Positions 16,009 to 26,132 of a stretch of DNA of 64,000 nucleotides are shown piece by piece. The position numbers and the translations under genes were made by a program. Positions within the stretch are counted from its first letter, which is position 1; every line of letters begins with the position of its first letter. This DNA comes from Candidatus Daviesbacteria bacterium GW2011_GWA1_41_61 (GTDB lineage: Bacteria > Patescibacteriota > Microgenomatia > Daviesbacterales > UBA10151), in contig LCBT01000003.1 of NCBI GenBank assembly GCA_000997385.1, positions 892 to 64,891 on the forward strand. Direction: 5' to 3'. The notes beneath the pieces were generated by a model that searched no databases, was not told the origin of the DNA, and worked only from the letters and a program-made list of their open reading frames with translations.

Positions 16009-18168
16009 TTATTTCCCTTTCCACTGCTCTAAAGCTTCTAAAACTTCTTGATCCTGAGGATTAATTTTTAAAATTATTTCCAATTGGGCTATGGCCTGGT
16101 CCTTTTTCCCTTGTCTGGAATATAATTTAGCTAAAGTAATTCTGGCATCCCGGTAATCCGGCTTCATCTGCAAAGTCTTGTTGAGAAGTTCCACTGCTTC
16201 ATATTGTTTTCCTAAATCATCCAGGATTACTGATTTATGGTAGGGCAGTTTAGGATCGGTGGGAGCCATGGCGGCAGTCTTGTCCATCAGTTCTAAAGTT
16301 TTGGGGATATATTTTTCATCTAAATCTGACAGTAGATAATAGGTTCTTATAGCCGCCCGGTAAAAGGAAACATTGCGGGGGCTTTCCGCTAAAATTCTCT
16401 CTGTCTCGGTAATTGCTTCTTTTTTCAGCTCAGCGGAGAGGGTGGCATCTTTATTCTCTAAAGCTACGGCTGCAGCGGCAGCAGCGTAGCCTAAATCACT
16501 GCGGTATTGAGGCTCCCTGGGGTTGAGACCGGCTGCTTCTGACAGGAAGTTGTAGGCCTTGCCAACCTCTCCCTGATCATTGGCTTTCCCCCCTTTGGCA
16601 TAAGCTATATCAGCCAGATAATATTTTAGAAGGTTAACGAGTATCATCGAGGAGACAAGTAAAACTAATACCTGTAAAGCTTTAGAGTAAAGGGAGCGGC
16701 GGTAGAGTGTCCAACCAGCTATTTTGTTTAACCTGGGGAGGGATAAAGGTTTAGTGTTTTCCGAGATTAAAAAGGCTAAGGCCGGAAACAGATAAAAAAA
16801 GACCGCAATGATGACTACCGAAAAGCCAAAAAAGTTTTGGATATGGTAGGAGATATAGCTTGCCAGCAAGCTAGTAATTAGTAGTATGTGGTTGGTATCA
16901 AGGGTTTTTTGCTTACTGCTTAATACATAATACTTAATACTCCAAAAGATAAAGGCTAGAATTAAAAACATGTAAGTGCCAAACCCTACTATTCCTGTAG
17001 TGGCTAAATAATTGACAAATTCATTGTGGGCTTTGTTATATAAAAAGTCCCACTCTGATAAGTAGTTATGTTCCATGGGCCTGAAGTTATAGTAAGAATA
17101 GGCAAAGGTTTCTACTCCTGAACCAAAGATGGGGTAGTGTTTAAAAATTTCTATAGCCCCTTTCCAGACCACCAGCCTGATCTGTCCTGACTCACTGCCC
17201 CCGGCTTCTAACTGACTGCCCAGGGAGGCTAAAAAGGTAGTAGGTTGGGAGGAATCCAGAAAAAGTTTGAACCTGGTCAAAGTAGAGCCAAAGATTAAAT
17301 TGATCAAAAATAAGCTAACCAAAATCGCTCCAAAAAGCTTGGCGTTTTTGGCAGAGGTCTTAGGTGATAATTGATTTACCGGGACCTTTTTAAATAAAGA
17401 GTGGATAATTTTAGTTAAATTATCTTTAAAGATGGGTATTTGAAAAAAGATAAAAACACTCAACCCCCCTAAAAATCCCAGCGTTCCACCTCGGGAATAG
17501 GTAAAGGTGAAGGCCATGTAGATAATGACGGCATAGAGCAAGTAGCGGATAGCAGTTAATTTATCGGGGGCTTTAAGGACAAAATAAATAGCCGGGAAGA
17601 TGAGCATGGCCAGATAAGCTGCCAACCAATTGGTTTGGCCTAAGGTGGCAAAAACCCGGGCTTGGACATTTTGGATCCAGCAGGCAGCATCAAAATTACC
17701 TGTTAAAAAAATACAGGAGGGGGAAACTCCAAAATGCTCCGGGATAGCATATAAAGCTACTATCAGACCACCAACTACAGCTGCTTTTAAAAACTTAATT
17801 CCTTCTTGAGTTTTAAAGTTAGAAACTAAGGCATAGTACAAAAGAGTATAAGAGATAATAGATATAAGTCCCCCATTGGAGCGGGTGTAATATCCCCACC
17901 AGGAAGTATGGGGATCAATGGAAAAAATAGTGGAAAGAATGTTGGCTCCTAAAAAAAAGAGTATGGGTATATCTAAAGGAGTCCTTTTTAGTATTAACTG
18001 TTTATTTTGGATTATGCGGATAATCCAGGCAGTGGTGATAACCAGGGTTAAAAAGTAGACAAAGATCATTTTGTTATATTCAAACAGTTCATAGTTTAAG
18101 GGAAACCACACCAGGGGTGTAATCAGAAACAGGGCATAGAAGGAAAATTTGATAATGGTTTGAGTCAT
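16009..18168 (-). CDS. large polytopic membrane protein: O-antigen ligase (Wzy_C)-like core plus C-terminal TPR repeats
   Basis: About 12 TM helices. Wzy_C-like ...TYSRGGTLGFLGG... motif. The C-terminal 200 aa carry TPR-like repeats (AIAQLEIILKINPQDQEVLEALEQ...). Likely true start is MTQTIIKF at 18166-18168; the ORF-track start at 18270 would overlap the mreB promoter region. Confidence 0.65.
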   Translation of the reverse strand: MTQTIIKFSFYALFLITPLVWFPLNYELFEYNKMIFVYFLTLVITTAWIIRIIQNKQLILKRTPLDIPILFFLGANILSTIFSIDPHTSWWGYYTRSNGGLISIISYTLLYYALVSNFKTQEGIKFLKAAVVGGLIVALYAIPEHFGVSPSCIFLTGNFDAACWIQNVQARVFATLGQTNWLAAYLAMLIFPAIYFVLKAPDKLTAIRYLLYAVIIYMAFTFTYSRGGTLGFLGGLSVFIFFQIPIFKDNLTKIIHSLFKKVPVNQLSPKTSAKNAKLFGAILVSLFLINLIFGSTLTRFKLFLDSSQPTTFLASLGSQLEAGGSESGQIRLVVWKGAIEIFKHYPIFGSGVETFAYSYYNFRPMEHNYLSEWDFLYNKAHNEFVNYLATTGIVGFGTYMFLILAFIFWSIKYYVLSSKQKTLDTNHILLITSLLASYISYHIQNFFGFSVVIIAVFFYLFPALAFLISENTKPLSLPRLNKIAGWTLYRRSLYSKALQVLVLLVSSMILVNLLKYYLADIAYAKGGKANDQGEVGKAYNFLSEAAGLNPREPQYRSDLGYAAAAAAVALENKDATLSAELKKEAITETERILAESPRNVSFYRAAIRTYYLLSDLDEKYIPKTLELMDKTAAMAPTDPKLPYHKSVILDDLGKQYEAVELLNKTLQMKPDYRDARITLAKLYSRQGKKDQAIAQLEIILKINPQDQEVLEALEQWKGK

Positions 18169-18202
18169 ATTATCGTTTGAACTCAATCCTACCAAAAAAG
18201 AT

Positions 18203-18231
18203 TGTTCTTGCAAAGCCCTTATGCTACACTC
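18203..18231 (+). promoter_or_regulatory. putative promoter of mreB (TTGTTC-17 nt-TACACT)
   Basis: Sequence-only. The -10 ends about 6 nt before the GTG/ATG at 18235/18238, so a near-leaderless transcript. Confidence 0.25.
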
Positions 18232-18237
18232 TCCGTG

Positions 18238-19293
18238 ATGTTTGATAAATTTTGGCAACTTTTTTCCCACGATATTGGCATAGATTTAGGGACTGTTAAC
18301 ACCCTGGTGTTAGTTAAAAATAAAGGTATTGTTATCCGTGAGCCTTCAGTGGTAGCTATCCACAGAAAAAGTAAACAGGTTTTAGCTATTGGTTCTGAGG
18401 CTAAAAGGATGCTGGGTAGAACTCCCCAAGCTATTGAAGCAGTGAGACCCTTAAGAGATGGGGTGATCTCTGATTTTGATACTACGGAAGCGATGCTACG
18501 TCATTTTATTCACAAAGTTCATCAAAACCCCTCTTCCAGATGGAAAGTTCCCAAAATTTCCCGGCCCAGGGTAGTTATTGGCATCCCCTCGGGGGTGACG
18601 GAGGTAGAAAGAAGGGCAGTTCAAGATGTGGCTTTGGTAGCCGGGGCTAGGCAGGCATATTTAATAGAAGAACCAATGGCTGATGCTATTGGAGCAGGGC
18701 TGTCTATTGAAGAGCCCGAGGGGAATATGATTGTGGATATTGGCGGGGGGACAACTGAGATAGCGGTCATTTCCTTAGGCGGTATGGTGACGAGTAGGTC
18801 CCTGCGGGTAGCTGGAGATGAGATGGATCAGGATATTATCAATTATTTAAAGATGAGGTATGGGCTGTTAATCGGAGAGAAGACTGCCGAAAATATAAAA
18901 ATTGAAATTGGTTCAGCAGTGCCTTTAAAGGAGGAAAAAGAGACAGTAGTTAGAGGCAGGGATTTGGCTACCGGCCTGCCTAAATCTTTAAAGATCTCCT
19001 CTAAAGAGATTAGGGAAGCCATATCAGGGACCATTAATCAGATCATCGGGACTATTGGTGAGGTGTTGGAAGAAACTCCTCCAGAGCTGGTAGGTGATGT
19101 TTTAGAAAGAGGGGTGGTGATCACTGGAGGGGGGGCATTGCTTCGAGGTTTGGATAAAAAGATTGCTGAAGAAACCAAGATGCCGGTGTGGATCGCTGAT
19201 GATCCTTTAACTACAGTTGTCAGGGGTTGCGGCAGAGTTTTGGAAGATTTAGATCTTCTTTCCAAGGTTAAGGTTACGGGAGGTTTAAGGTAG
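18238..19293 (+). CDS. mreB: rod-shape-determining actin homologue MreB
   Basis: MFDKFWQLFSHDIGIDLGTVNTLV (phosphate-1), VVIGIPSGVTEVERRAV, DIGGGTTEIAVISLG (phosphate-2) and VITGGGALLRGL (adenosine motif). Confidence 0.9.
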   Translation: MFDKFWQLFSHDIGIDLGTVNTLVLVKNKGIVIREPSVVAIHRKSKQVLAIGSEAKRMLGRTPQAIEAVRPLRDGVISDFDTTEAMLRHFIHKVHQNPSSRWKVPKISRPRVVIGIPSGVTEVERRAVQDVALVAGARQAYLIEEPMADAIGAGLSIEEPEGNMIVDIGGGTTEIAVISLGGMVTSRSLRVAGDEMDQDIINYLKMRYGLLIGEKTAENIKIEIGSAVPLKEEKETVVRGRDLATGLPKSLKISSKEIREAISGTINQIIGTIGEVLEETPPELVGDVLERGVVITGGGALLRGLDKKIAEETKMPVWIADDPLTTVVRGCGRVLEDLDLLSKVKVTGGLR

Positions 19294-19320
19294 AAGGAAT
19301 CTTATGTTATACTGGCGCTT

Positions 19321-20031
19321 ATGTTGGGGCAAGAGACTGAAGCTTTACTTTTAGACCATGATGGTACTGTTGCTAATACCGAGCAGCAAATAATTCACTC
19401 TTTGCTTACCACGGTGAGCTTCTATGACTCTCAACGTGTTTTGACACAGGAGGAAATAGATGCTTTTTTTGGGCCTCCTTTAGAGGAGTGTTATCGAAGA
19501 TTATATCCGGAAGCAGACCCAGGGTTTATTCTGAATCTATCCCGTTATCACAATAAAGTGGGTAGGTCCAGTTTACATCTAGTTCAACTTTATCCCAAGG
19601 TGGGAGAAACTTTAGAAAAGTTAAGGTCTAAGGGGATAAAGTTGGGGTTAGTTACTTCCCGGGATAGACTCTCTTTAATGGAGATTATGGATAATCTTGG
19701 TATCACGGGATATTTTAATGCCATCGTGGCTCAGGAAGATGTAATTGAACATAAACCCGAACCAGAACCAGTAAAAAAAGGTTTAGCAATTTTGGGAGTT
19801 AATCCCTTTGGAGCCTGTATGTCGGGAGATACTGTCGGGGATATTTTATGTGCGAAGAGAGCTGGAATCAGAACAACTGTTGGTGCTCTTTATGGTTTTT
19901 CCCGGCGTTCAGTAAGAGAACAACTATTTCAGGCTGGAGCGGATTATTATATTGAAAGATTTGAAGAAATCTTAGAGATTGTTCAGCCAAGCTTTTTATC
20001 CAAACCTCGGGGGTTGAACAAAACAGCATAG
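19321..20031 (+). CDS. HAD-superfamily hydrolase (phosphatase subfamily IA-like)
   Basis: LLLDHDGTVANTE (DxDGT motif I), conserved S/T motif II (VTSRDR) and GDTVGD motif IV. Confidence 0.7.
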   Translation: MLGQETEALLLDHDGTVANTEQQIIHSLLTTVSFYDSQRVLTQEEIDAFFGPPLEECYRRLYPEADPGFILNLSRYHNKVGRSSLHLVQLYPKVGETLEKLRSKGIKLGLVTSRDRLSLMEIMDNLGITGYFNAIVAQEDVIEHKPEPEPVKKGLAILGVNPFGACMSGDTVGDILCAKRAGIRTTVGALYGFSRRSVREQLFQAGADYYIERFEEILEIVQPSFLSKPRGLNKTA

Positions 20032-20032
20032 T

Positions 20033-21175
20033 TTAAGGCATTAAGGTTGGATGATTAGCAGAAACACCAACAAAGTCGTTAATAGTTTTTACATCTCTCC
20101 TTAGATTGATCCAATTAACTAGGCCCCTAGTAATGCTTCCTGGTAAGGATAAACCTTCCCCTCTTAAACCAGTCACAACTTGTACAGCTTTAGCTCCAAC
20201 CATAATTTTTTCCATGGCTGTCCAATCATCTTTTATCCCTCCTACCCCTATAATGTCCAGTTGTTGACCTGCTTGTCTAAAAATATGAGCAATTATCCTG
20301 TCAGACATCCTACGGAAGTCTGGGTCATCTCCGGATAACCCTCCAGCCTCAGACCTCCACCTTTCACCATATTTTGCTTTAATATCTGTGTTAACTGTAG
20401 TGTTGGCAGCGATAATAATTGGTACGTGGTTATCTATGGCCACTTGGATGACATCATCCACCGCCTGGAATGTTAAGTCCGGAACAACTTTAATGGCCAG
20501 TGGTTTTCTTCCACCCATTTCATCCATAGTCTGATTTACCGCTTGGACAATATCAGTTAAAGGGCCTTTATTTTGAAGTTGCCGGAGTCCCGGGGTATTA
20601 GGAGAGGAGACATTTATTTCAAAATAAGCGGCATGATGGTAAAGTTGTTTTGCTACTACAGCATGAGCTCGGGAAGTATCTTCTACCGGGACATCCTTAT
20701 TCTTTCCTAAACTTACCCCAATTGGGATTCCACTACCCTGGTATCTTTCCAAGTTTCTATCAACTGCCATCATCCCCGGGCTGTTAAAACCCAATCTGTT
20801 TAAAGCCACCCCCGGAGCCAAAATGAACTGTCTTTTCCTAGGATTTCCATACTGAGGGTGTTCAGGAACGGTACCAACAGTAACAGTAGAGGCTCCTAAC
20901 TGCCAGAGACCTCGAACACACTTACCTTCTTTGTCCCATCCTGCCCCTACCATTACCGGACTTTCCAGTTCCAGTCCACCTACACAAACTTTTAGTCTGG
21001 GGTCAGTAAAACGTATTCCTCGATAAGCAAAAAATCTTTCTAGAAGTGCTAAAGTTAAGGGATGAGATTCAGCTACATGAAGCCCGCTTTTTACTAGATT
21101 ATGAGCATCTTCAGAATCTAATATTCCATGTCTATCTAAAAAATCTAAAGCCGGTCCAACAACTTCTTTGTACAT
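20033..21175 (-). CDS. pyrD: dihydroorotate dehydrogenase, class 2-like
   Basis: GFNSPG, GVSLGKNK and EINVSSPNTPGLRQLQ (which matches N-I-S-S-P-N-T-P-G-L-R); 380 aa with an N-terminal extension as in quinone-dependent class 2 enzymes. Confidence 0.8.
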   Translation of the reverse strand: MYKEVVGPALDFLDRHGILDSEDAHNLVKSGLHVAESHPLTLALLERFFAYRGIRFTDPRLKVCVGGLELESPVMVGAGWDKEGKCVRGLWQLGASTVTVGTVPEHPQYGNPRKRQFILAPGVALNRLGFNSPGMMAVDRNLERYQGSGIPIGVSLGKNKDVPVEDTSRAHAVVAKQLYHHAAYFEINVSSPNTPGLRQLQNKGPLTDIVQAVNQTMDEMGGRKPLAIKVVPDLTFQAVDDVIQVAIDNHVPIIIAANTTVNTDIKAKYGERWRSEAGGLSGDDPDFRRMSDRIIAHIFRQAGQQLDIIGVGGIKDDWTAMEKIMVGAKAVQVVTGLRGEGLSLPGSITRGLVNWINLRRDVKTINDFVGVSANHPTLMP

Positions 21176-21220
21176 AAGTAAAAATGGAACTCCATAGGCA
21201 GAATAAGATTTAAATTAAGG

Positions 21221-21850
21221 TTAGGAAGTAGGAAGGTTTTTCCCATGTCCTATATTTTTGTTGATGGGAATGCCTGCTTGACACATTGGGCACTCTTCCG
21301 GTTTCCAGGTGGACATAGAGATTTCCAATAAAGCATTAATCTTTCTTAAGCCGAACCCAATGTCTTCAGGCTTAACTTTTCCTCGGTTGCATAGTACAGC
21401 TAAGCTGACAAGGTCTACTTCTAATGGTTGTAAGGCTTGCAAAACGCTTTTGACAGAGCTTCCAGTGGTTAGCACGTCTTCAGTTGCTAATACTCGGGTC
21501 CCATGAATTAATTTATCATGACCTCGGGCAAAGAAGAATGAGTCATCGGATCCTTTTTCCGCAAATACACCCACAACTTCTCTTCCTGTCATTTGACTTA
21601 AGGCTAAGGCTGTTCCCCAAGCTAGTGTTATACCTCCTGATGCTGGTCCAACTACAGTCTGGATATCACGATCAATGTACATTTCAGCTATCATTTGACA
21701 AAGTTCAAAAGCTCGAAGAGTTTGAGGCATAACGGCGTCTTTATTGACATATTCAGAGCCATGAAGTCCGGATTTGTAGAGAAAATGATCATCAGTAAGT
21801 ATAGTTCCGGTTTGTGCAAAAATTTCTTTGACTCTTTCAGTGTTAGCCAT
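21221..21850 (-). CDS. pyrE: orotate phosphoribosyltransferase
   Basis: PRPP-binding motif VLATEDVLTTGSSV. Length and context fit, between pyrD and pyrF. Confidence 0.8.
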   Translation of the reverse strand: MANTERVKEIFAQTGTILTDDHFLYKSGLHGSEYVNKDAVMPQTLRAFELCQMIAEMYIDRDIQTVVGPASGGITLAWGTALALSQMTGREVVGVFAEKGSDDSFFFARGHDKLIHGTRVLATEDVLTTGSSVKSVLQALQPLEVDLVSLAVLCNRGKVKPEDIGFGLRKINALLEISMSTWKPEECPMCQAGIPINKNIGHGKNLPTS

Positions 21851-21852
21851 AT

Positions 21853-22920
21853 TTATGCTGCTTGCTTTAAGTGTCTGATTTGATTATCTAATTTAATAAC
21901 TTCTCTCTTTGCTGCTTCAGCGAAATCTGGGCCACTTGAAGCAAATATAATTCCACTGGAACTGTTGATAACAATATTGTCACCTGCAAACTTCAATGTA
22001 GATTCCAAATCCCCGCCTTGCTTGCCAATTCCTGGAATCAAAAATAACAGATTGGGAGCAAGTAGTCTGACAGGTTTAAAAGCTTTTGGGTGTGTCGCTC
22101 CTACTACCAGCCCGAAGGTGGTATCGGGATGTTTTGCTGCTAAAGTAGCAGTTCTTAAAGCAACTATTTGGTATATTGGTAGAAGGCGGTTACTGGGTCG
22201 ATGTTTTTCTAAAAAGCGTCTTTGTTTTTCAGTTAACTTTGATTCTTTATCCAACGCTTCTAAAAGAGTGTCTGAATAATGTTGCTTTGCAGCGACTTGA
22301 GCAAGATCCATTTCGTCATCTGTCATCGGGGACCCTTTTAGTATCTGTTCTCTTTGATACTGATAAAAATCCACAGGAGCATCTTGATACAAGGCAGCTC
22401 CGGGATTAGTGGTCTTACAAAGCACGATAAGTCCCTTGCCTGGATATCTTAAGAACGGATCATAAGTATCATGGCCAAAATAAGGATTAACGGTAATAGC
22501 ATCGAAACCATATCGATCAAAGGCCATTTCCGCGTATCCTTTGTTTGTATTTCCGATATCTGCTCTTTTAACATCCCCAATAATTGGAATATGGGGATAT
22601 TCTTTATTGGTGTACAAGATAATACTATTTAGGGTGCTCTCTCCTTCTTCACTGTGCTCATAAAAAGCTATATTGGGTTTAATAGTACAAACATACGGAT
22701 GAGTGGCATCTATGATTGGTCGAAGAAAATCATGAAAAACACAAGTTCGTTGAGATCGTGCCGAATAATCTAATTGATGAGGAAGATCGGGAAGTGTTCC
22801 TCGGACATGGGTAAACATGTAAGGAGGAAGTTTATCAAGATCAGGATCATAGCCAACACAAACTAATTTTCCGTCTGACTGATTATTACTAATTAACTCG
22901 CCGAAGTTTCTTTCTGCCAT
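21853..22920 (-). CDS. pyrF: orotidine-5'-phosphate decarboxylase, type 2 (long form)
   Basis: IIGDVKRADIGNTNKGYAEMAF matches the D-x-K-R-G-D-I-G-x-T active-site signature; the LIVLCKTTNPGAA motif is also present. Confidence 0.7.
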   Translation of the reverse strand: MAERNFGELISNNQSDGKLVCVGYDPDLDKLPPYMFTHVRGTLPDLPHQLDYSARSQRTCVFHDFLRPIIDATHPYVCTIKPNIAFYEHSEEGESTLNSIILYTNKEYPHIPIIGDVKRADIGNTNKGYAEMAFDRYGFDAITVNPYFGHDTYDPFLRYPGKGLIVLCKTTNPGAALYQDAPVDFYQYQREQILKGSPMTDDEMDLAQVAAKQHYSDTLLEALDKESKLTEKQRRFLEKHRPSNRLLPIYQIVALRTATLAAKHPDTTFGLVVGATHPKAFKPVRLLAPNLLFLIPGIGKQGGDLESTLKFAGDNIVINSSSGIIFASSGPDFAEAAKREVIKLDNQIRHLKQAA

Positions 22921-22964
22921 AGACTAGGGGACAGATAGTATGACGTTAATTTAAAGAGGAGCCT

Positions 22965-23789
22965 TTGTCAAGAGGTTACTTAAATGGTATAAATAGCTTG
23001 ATGAAAGTGTTGCCTGACTTTAAGCTGTTTATCTTTTTAAGCTTGACCTCAGTTTTTATATTTTTATTTGATCAGCTAGGAATGCTCAATTTTCCTAAAT
23101 CTCTACTTCAAAGTTTAACTATTCCTATCCAGTATGGTTTTTATAAATCAGGGACTTCTTTAAGCAGACAGTTTGAGTTTGTGGCTATGGTCAGACGTGC
23201 TTCTTTAGAAAATAAAGCTTTAAAAAGACAGTTGGGGGATCTTTTGGTGGAAAATGCCAATCTGAGAAAGAAACTGGCTGAAAATGAATCTTTGTTGGAA
23301 CAATACAGTAAATTAAACCCTAAAACTTATGACCTTTTACCATCCAGGCCAATTGGAACAGGCAGATTTGTAACTTTAGACAGGGGGCTAGAAGATGGAG
23401 TGGGAGTAGGGCAGACAGTTGTTTTTAAAGACAGCCTCATTGGACAGATTAAACAAGTAAGCCCTAAAACTTCAGAGGTGATGTTACTTTCTGATCCGGA
23501 TTCTAAAATTGCCGTTTATTCCCAAAACAGCCAGGGAAAGGCTAAGGGGATCCTCCAGGGCCAATTTGGATCAGAGATTTTAATGGATAAGATCCTGCAT
23601 CAGGAAACAGTGGAGGCAGGTGATCTGGTCTATTCTGAAGGAACTGAAGGAAAATTTCCTAAAGGTTTGATTGTGGGTAAGGTAACTGAAGTGTTTCAAA
23701 GAGAGAATGAAGTTTTTAAACAGGCTAAAGTGGAACCAATTTATGATATTCATGAGTTGGATATGCTGTTTGTAATTAGAAACATATGA
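22965..23789 (+). CDS. mreC: rod-shape-determining protein MreC
   Basis: N-terminal TM segment, coiled coil (LENKALKRQLGDLLVENANLRKKLAENESLLEQ) and a C-terminal beta domain (GLIVGKV...). Followed by mreD and PBP2. Confidence 0.75.
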   Translation: MSRGYLNGINSLMKVLPDFKLFIFLSLTSVFIFLFDQLGMLNFPKSLLQSLTIPIQYGFYKSGTSLSRQFEFVAMVRRASLENKALKRQLGDLLVENANLRKKLAENESLLEQYSKLNPKTYDLLPSRPIGTGRFVTLDRGLEDGVGVGQTVVFKDSLIGQIKQVSPKTSEVMLLSDPDSKIAVYSQNSQGKAKGILQGQFGSEILMDKILHQETVEAGDLVYSEGTEGKFPKGLIVGKVTEVFQRENEVFKQAKVEPIYDIHELDMLFVIRNI

Positions 23790-24235
23790 TGGCAGTTACT
23801 TTGGTTTTATTATTTCTAACTTTTCTTCAGGCTACGCTTTGGCCTGTCAGTTTAGTTTTGCTTGTGTTGATAAATAGAAGTTTTTTAGTAGATGACAGGA
23901 AAAATTTTTGGCTGGCCTTTATCTTTGGTTTGTTGCTCTCTCTGCTTTTAGGTTTACCCTTAGGCAGCTTAAGTTTGGTCTATCTTTTGGTAGTAACTTT
24001 GGTGACAGTCTTTAAAAAAATTCAGCCTACTTCTCCCTGGTTGATAGTGTTGCCGATAGCCTTTATTCTGTTGATCTTGGAAAGGTTGATAGAAAGCTGG
24101 TGGTTTGACTCCAGTTTCAATCCTTGGCTTTTAATAATAGAAACACTGCTGATTTTACCAATTTATCTGTCAGTGCTGTTTTATGAAGAGAGACTGACTG
24201 CTAAGGGAGATTTAAGATTGAAGATAGGGAAATAA
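23786..24235 (+). CDS. mreD: MreD-like polytopic membrane protein
   Basis: 149 aa with 4-5 TM helices, a 4-nt overlap with mreC, and located upstream of PBP2. Confidence 0.5.
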   Translation: MMAVTLVLLFLTFLQATLWPVSLVLLVLINRSFLVDDRKNFWLAFIFGLLLSLLLGLPLGSLSLVYLLVVTLVTVFKKIQPTSPWLIVLPIAFILLILERLIESWWFDSSFNPWLLIIETLLILPIYLSVLFYEERLTAKGDLRLKIGK

Positions 24236-26107
24236 ATGAGATCTAAAAAAAGAAAACTAGGGCTAGCTTTTTCTGATGAACTGATTAAGGTAGATGGTTC
24301 AACGCATCATCTTAAAAAAAGTGGTACCTCAGGTGAAGGTTGGGAGGAGATGTTGCTGCCCCAGGCTGCAGCTGAGGTTGTGGAGTCAGAGATCTCTTCT
24401 TGGAGACTGTTGGTTTTGGCAGTGTTGGTTTTGGCGGCTTTTTTTGGTTTGTTTTTAAGATTGTTTCAACTCCAGGTGGTTTTGGGAAATTATCACCAGC
24501 AACTGGCAGATTCCAACCGGGTGCAGATGAAAATTATCCATGCCTCCAGAGGTGTAATCTATGACCGTAACGGTAAAATTTTAGCCGAGAACATCCCTGG
24601 CTTTAGAATGGGAAAGAACTTGTTCATCAGCCGCGATGAAGCCTTAAAGTGGGAAGCTCAAGACAATCCCCGATTTGCTGAGCTGGAAATTGATAATATC
24701 CGCTATTATCCTTATGGGGAAGTTGCTGCCCCTGTTTTGGGATATACGGGAGAGATCTCTGAGGAAGAGATGAAAGGCTCCTCAAGCTATAGATTGGGAG
24801 ACCGGTTGGGTAGAGCCGGGATAGAAAAGAGTTATGAGGCACAATTAAAAGGAGTCGATGGGGCAGAGATTGTGGAAGTGGATGCGCAAGGTAAAAAACT
24901 TCGCTTGCTCCGCCGTATCGAGCCCACTCCCGGTAAGAATATCCATTTATCTTTGGACATTGATCTGCAGAAAGTGGCTTTCCAGTCACTAAAAAAAGGA
25001 GTTTCAGAAGCTAAAAGCTGTTGTGGGGCAGTTGTAGCTTTGGATCCCCAAAGTGGTGAAGTTTTAACGCTAGTCTCTTTACCCTCCTATGATGCCAATA
25101 CTTTAACTGATCCCCGAAGGATTGAAGAGGCTGCTGGTTATTTTAATAATGAAAATGCGCCTTTTTTAAACAGGGCTATCTCTGGCACCTATCCTCCTGG
25201 ATCAACCTTTAAAATTACCTCAGCTTTAGCAGGATTATCTTTAGGTAAGATTAACTCTCGGACTAAAATTGAGGATAGTGGAGTAGTGAGTATTGGTCCA
25301 TACAAATATGCCAATTGGTATTTTACCCAGTATGGTAAAACCGAAGGGTTGGTGGATATAGTCAAAGCCTTGCAGCGTTCCAATGATATCTTTTTTTACC
25401 GGGTGGGAGAATATGTGGGAGAGAAGGAATTAGGCAGAGTAGCTAAAAGTTTGGGCTTTGGCAGAAAGCTGAGGATAGATCTGCCGGAAGAAGCTGAGGG
25501 TTTAATCCCCACTAATGAATGGAAACAAGAAAACATTGGGGAGGTATGGTATCCCGGTGATACTTTACATCTGGCTATTGGCCAGGGTTTTTTACTTACC
25601 ACACCGCTTCAGGTTTTGACTCAAACAGCTTTTATTGCTGATAAGGGAAGTTTAATTCAACCCCATCTGCTTAGTAAGATTACTTCTCCTGAGGGGTTCA
25701 CTATCAAGGAGTTCTCCTTTGAGCCAATAGTTAAAGATATATTTAAAAAAGAAGATTTAGAGATAGTTGGGGAAGGGTTGAAGCTGGTCCCCAAACTAGG
25801 AGGCACAGCTTGGCCCTTTTTTAATTTTTCTATCCCTACAGCGGGTAAAACTGGGACAGCTGAGTTTGGTGATCCTGAGGGTAAAACCCATGCTTGGTAT
25901 ACTTCTTATGCTCCGGCAGAAAACCCCAGGATTGCTTTAACAGTCTTAGTAGAAGCAGGGGGGGAAGGATCCTCTATAGCTGCCCCCATAGCCAAAGAGA
26001 TTTATACCTGGTACTTTAATGATGATAAAACAAATATTAAAAGTTTAGATAAAAACCCTCTCTCCACCAACTCAGGAACAGAGTCGGGTAAAACTTTAGG
26101 GGAGTAG
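24236..26107 (+). CDS. mrdA: penicillin-binding protein 2 (elongasome transpeptidase)
   Basis: N-terminal TM segment, PBP dimerisation domain and transpeptidase motifs GSTFKITSA (SxxK), RSNDIFF (SxN) and AGKTGTAEF (KTG). Confidence 0.85.
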   Translation: MRSKKRKLGLAFSDELIKVDGSTHHLKKSGTSGEGWEEMLLPQAAAEVVESEISSWRLLVLAVLVLAAFFGLFLRLFQLQVVLGNYHQQLADSNRVQMKIIHASRGVIYDRNGKILAENIPGFRMGKNLFISRDEALKWEAQDNPRFAELEIDNIRYYPYGEVAAPVLGYTGEISEEEMKGSSSYRLGDRLGRAGIEKSYEAQLKGVDGAEIVEVDAQGKKLRLLRRIEPTPGKNIHLSLDIDLQKVAFQSLKKGVSEAKSCCGAVVALDPQSGEVLTLVSLPSYDANTLTDPRRIEEAAGYFNNENAPFLNRAISGTYPPGSTFKITSALAGLSLGKINSRTKIEDSGVVSIGPYKYANWYFTQYGKTEGLVDIVKALQRSNDIFFYRVGEYVGEKELGRVAKSLGFGRKLRIDLPEEAEGLIPTNEWKQENIGEVWYPGDTLHLAIGQGFLLTTPLQVLTQTAFIADKGSLIQPHLLSKITSPEGFTIKEFSFEPIVKDIFKKEDLEIVGEGLKLVPKLGGTAWPFFNFSIPTAGKTGTAEFGDPEGKTHAWYTSYAPAENPRIALTVLVEAGGEGSSIAAPIAKEIYTWYFNDDKTNIKSLDKNPLSTNSGTESGKTLGE

Positions 26108-26132
26108 ATATAATAGTTGCAATAATGAGAAT

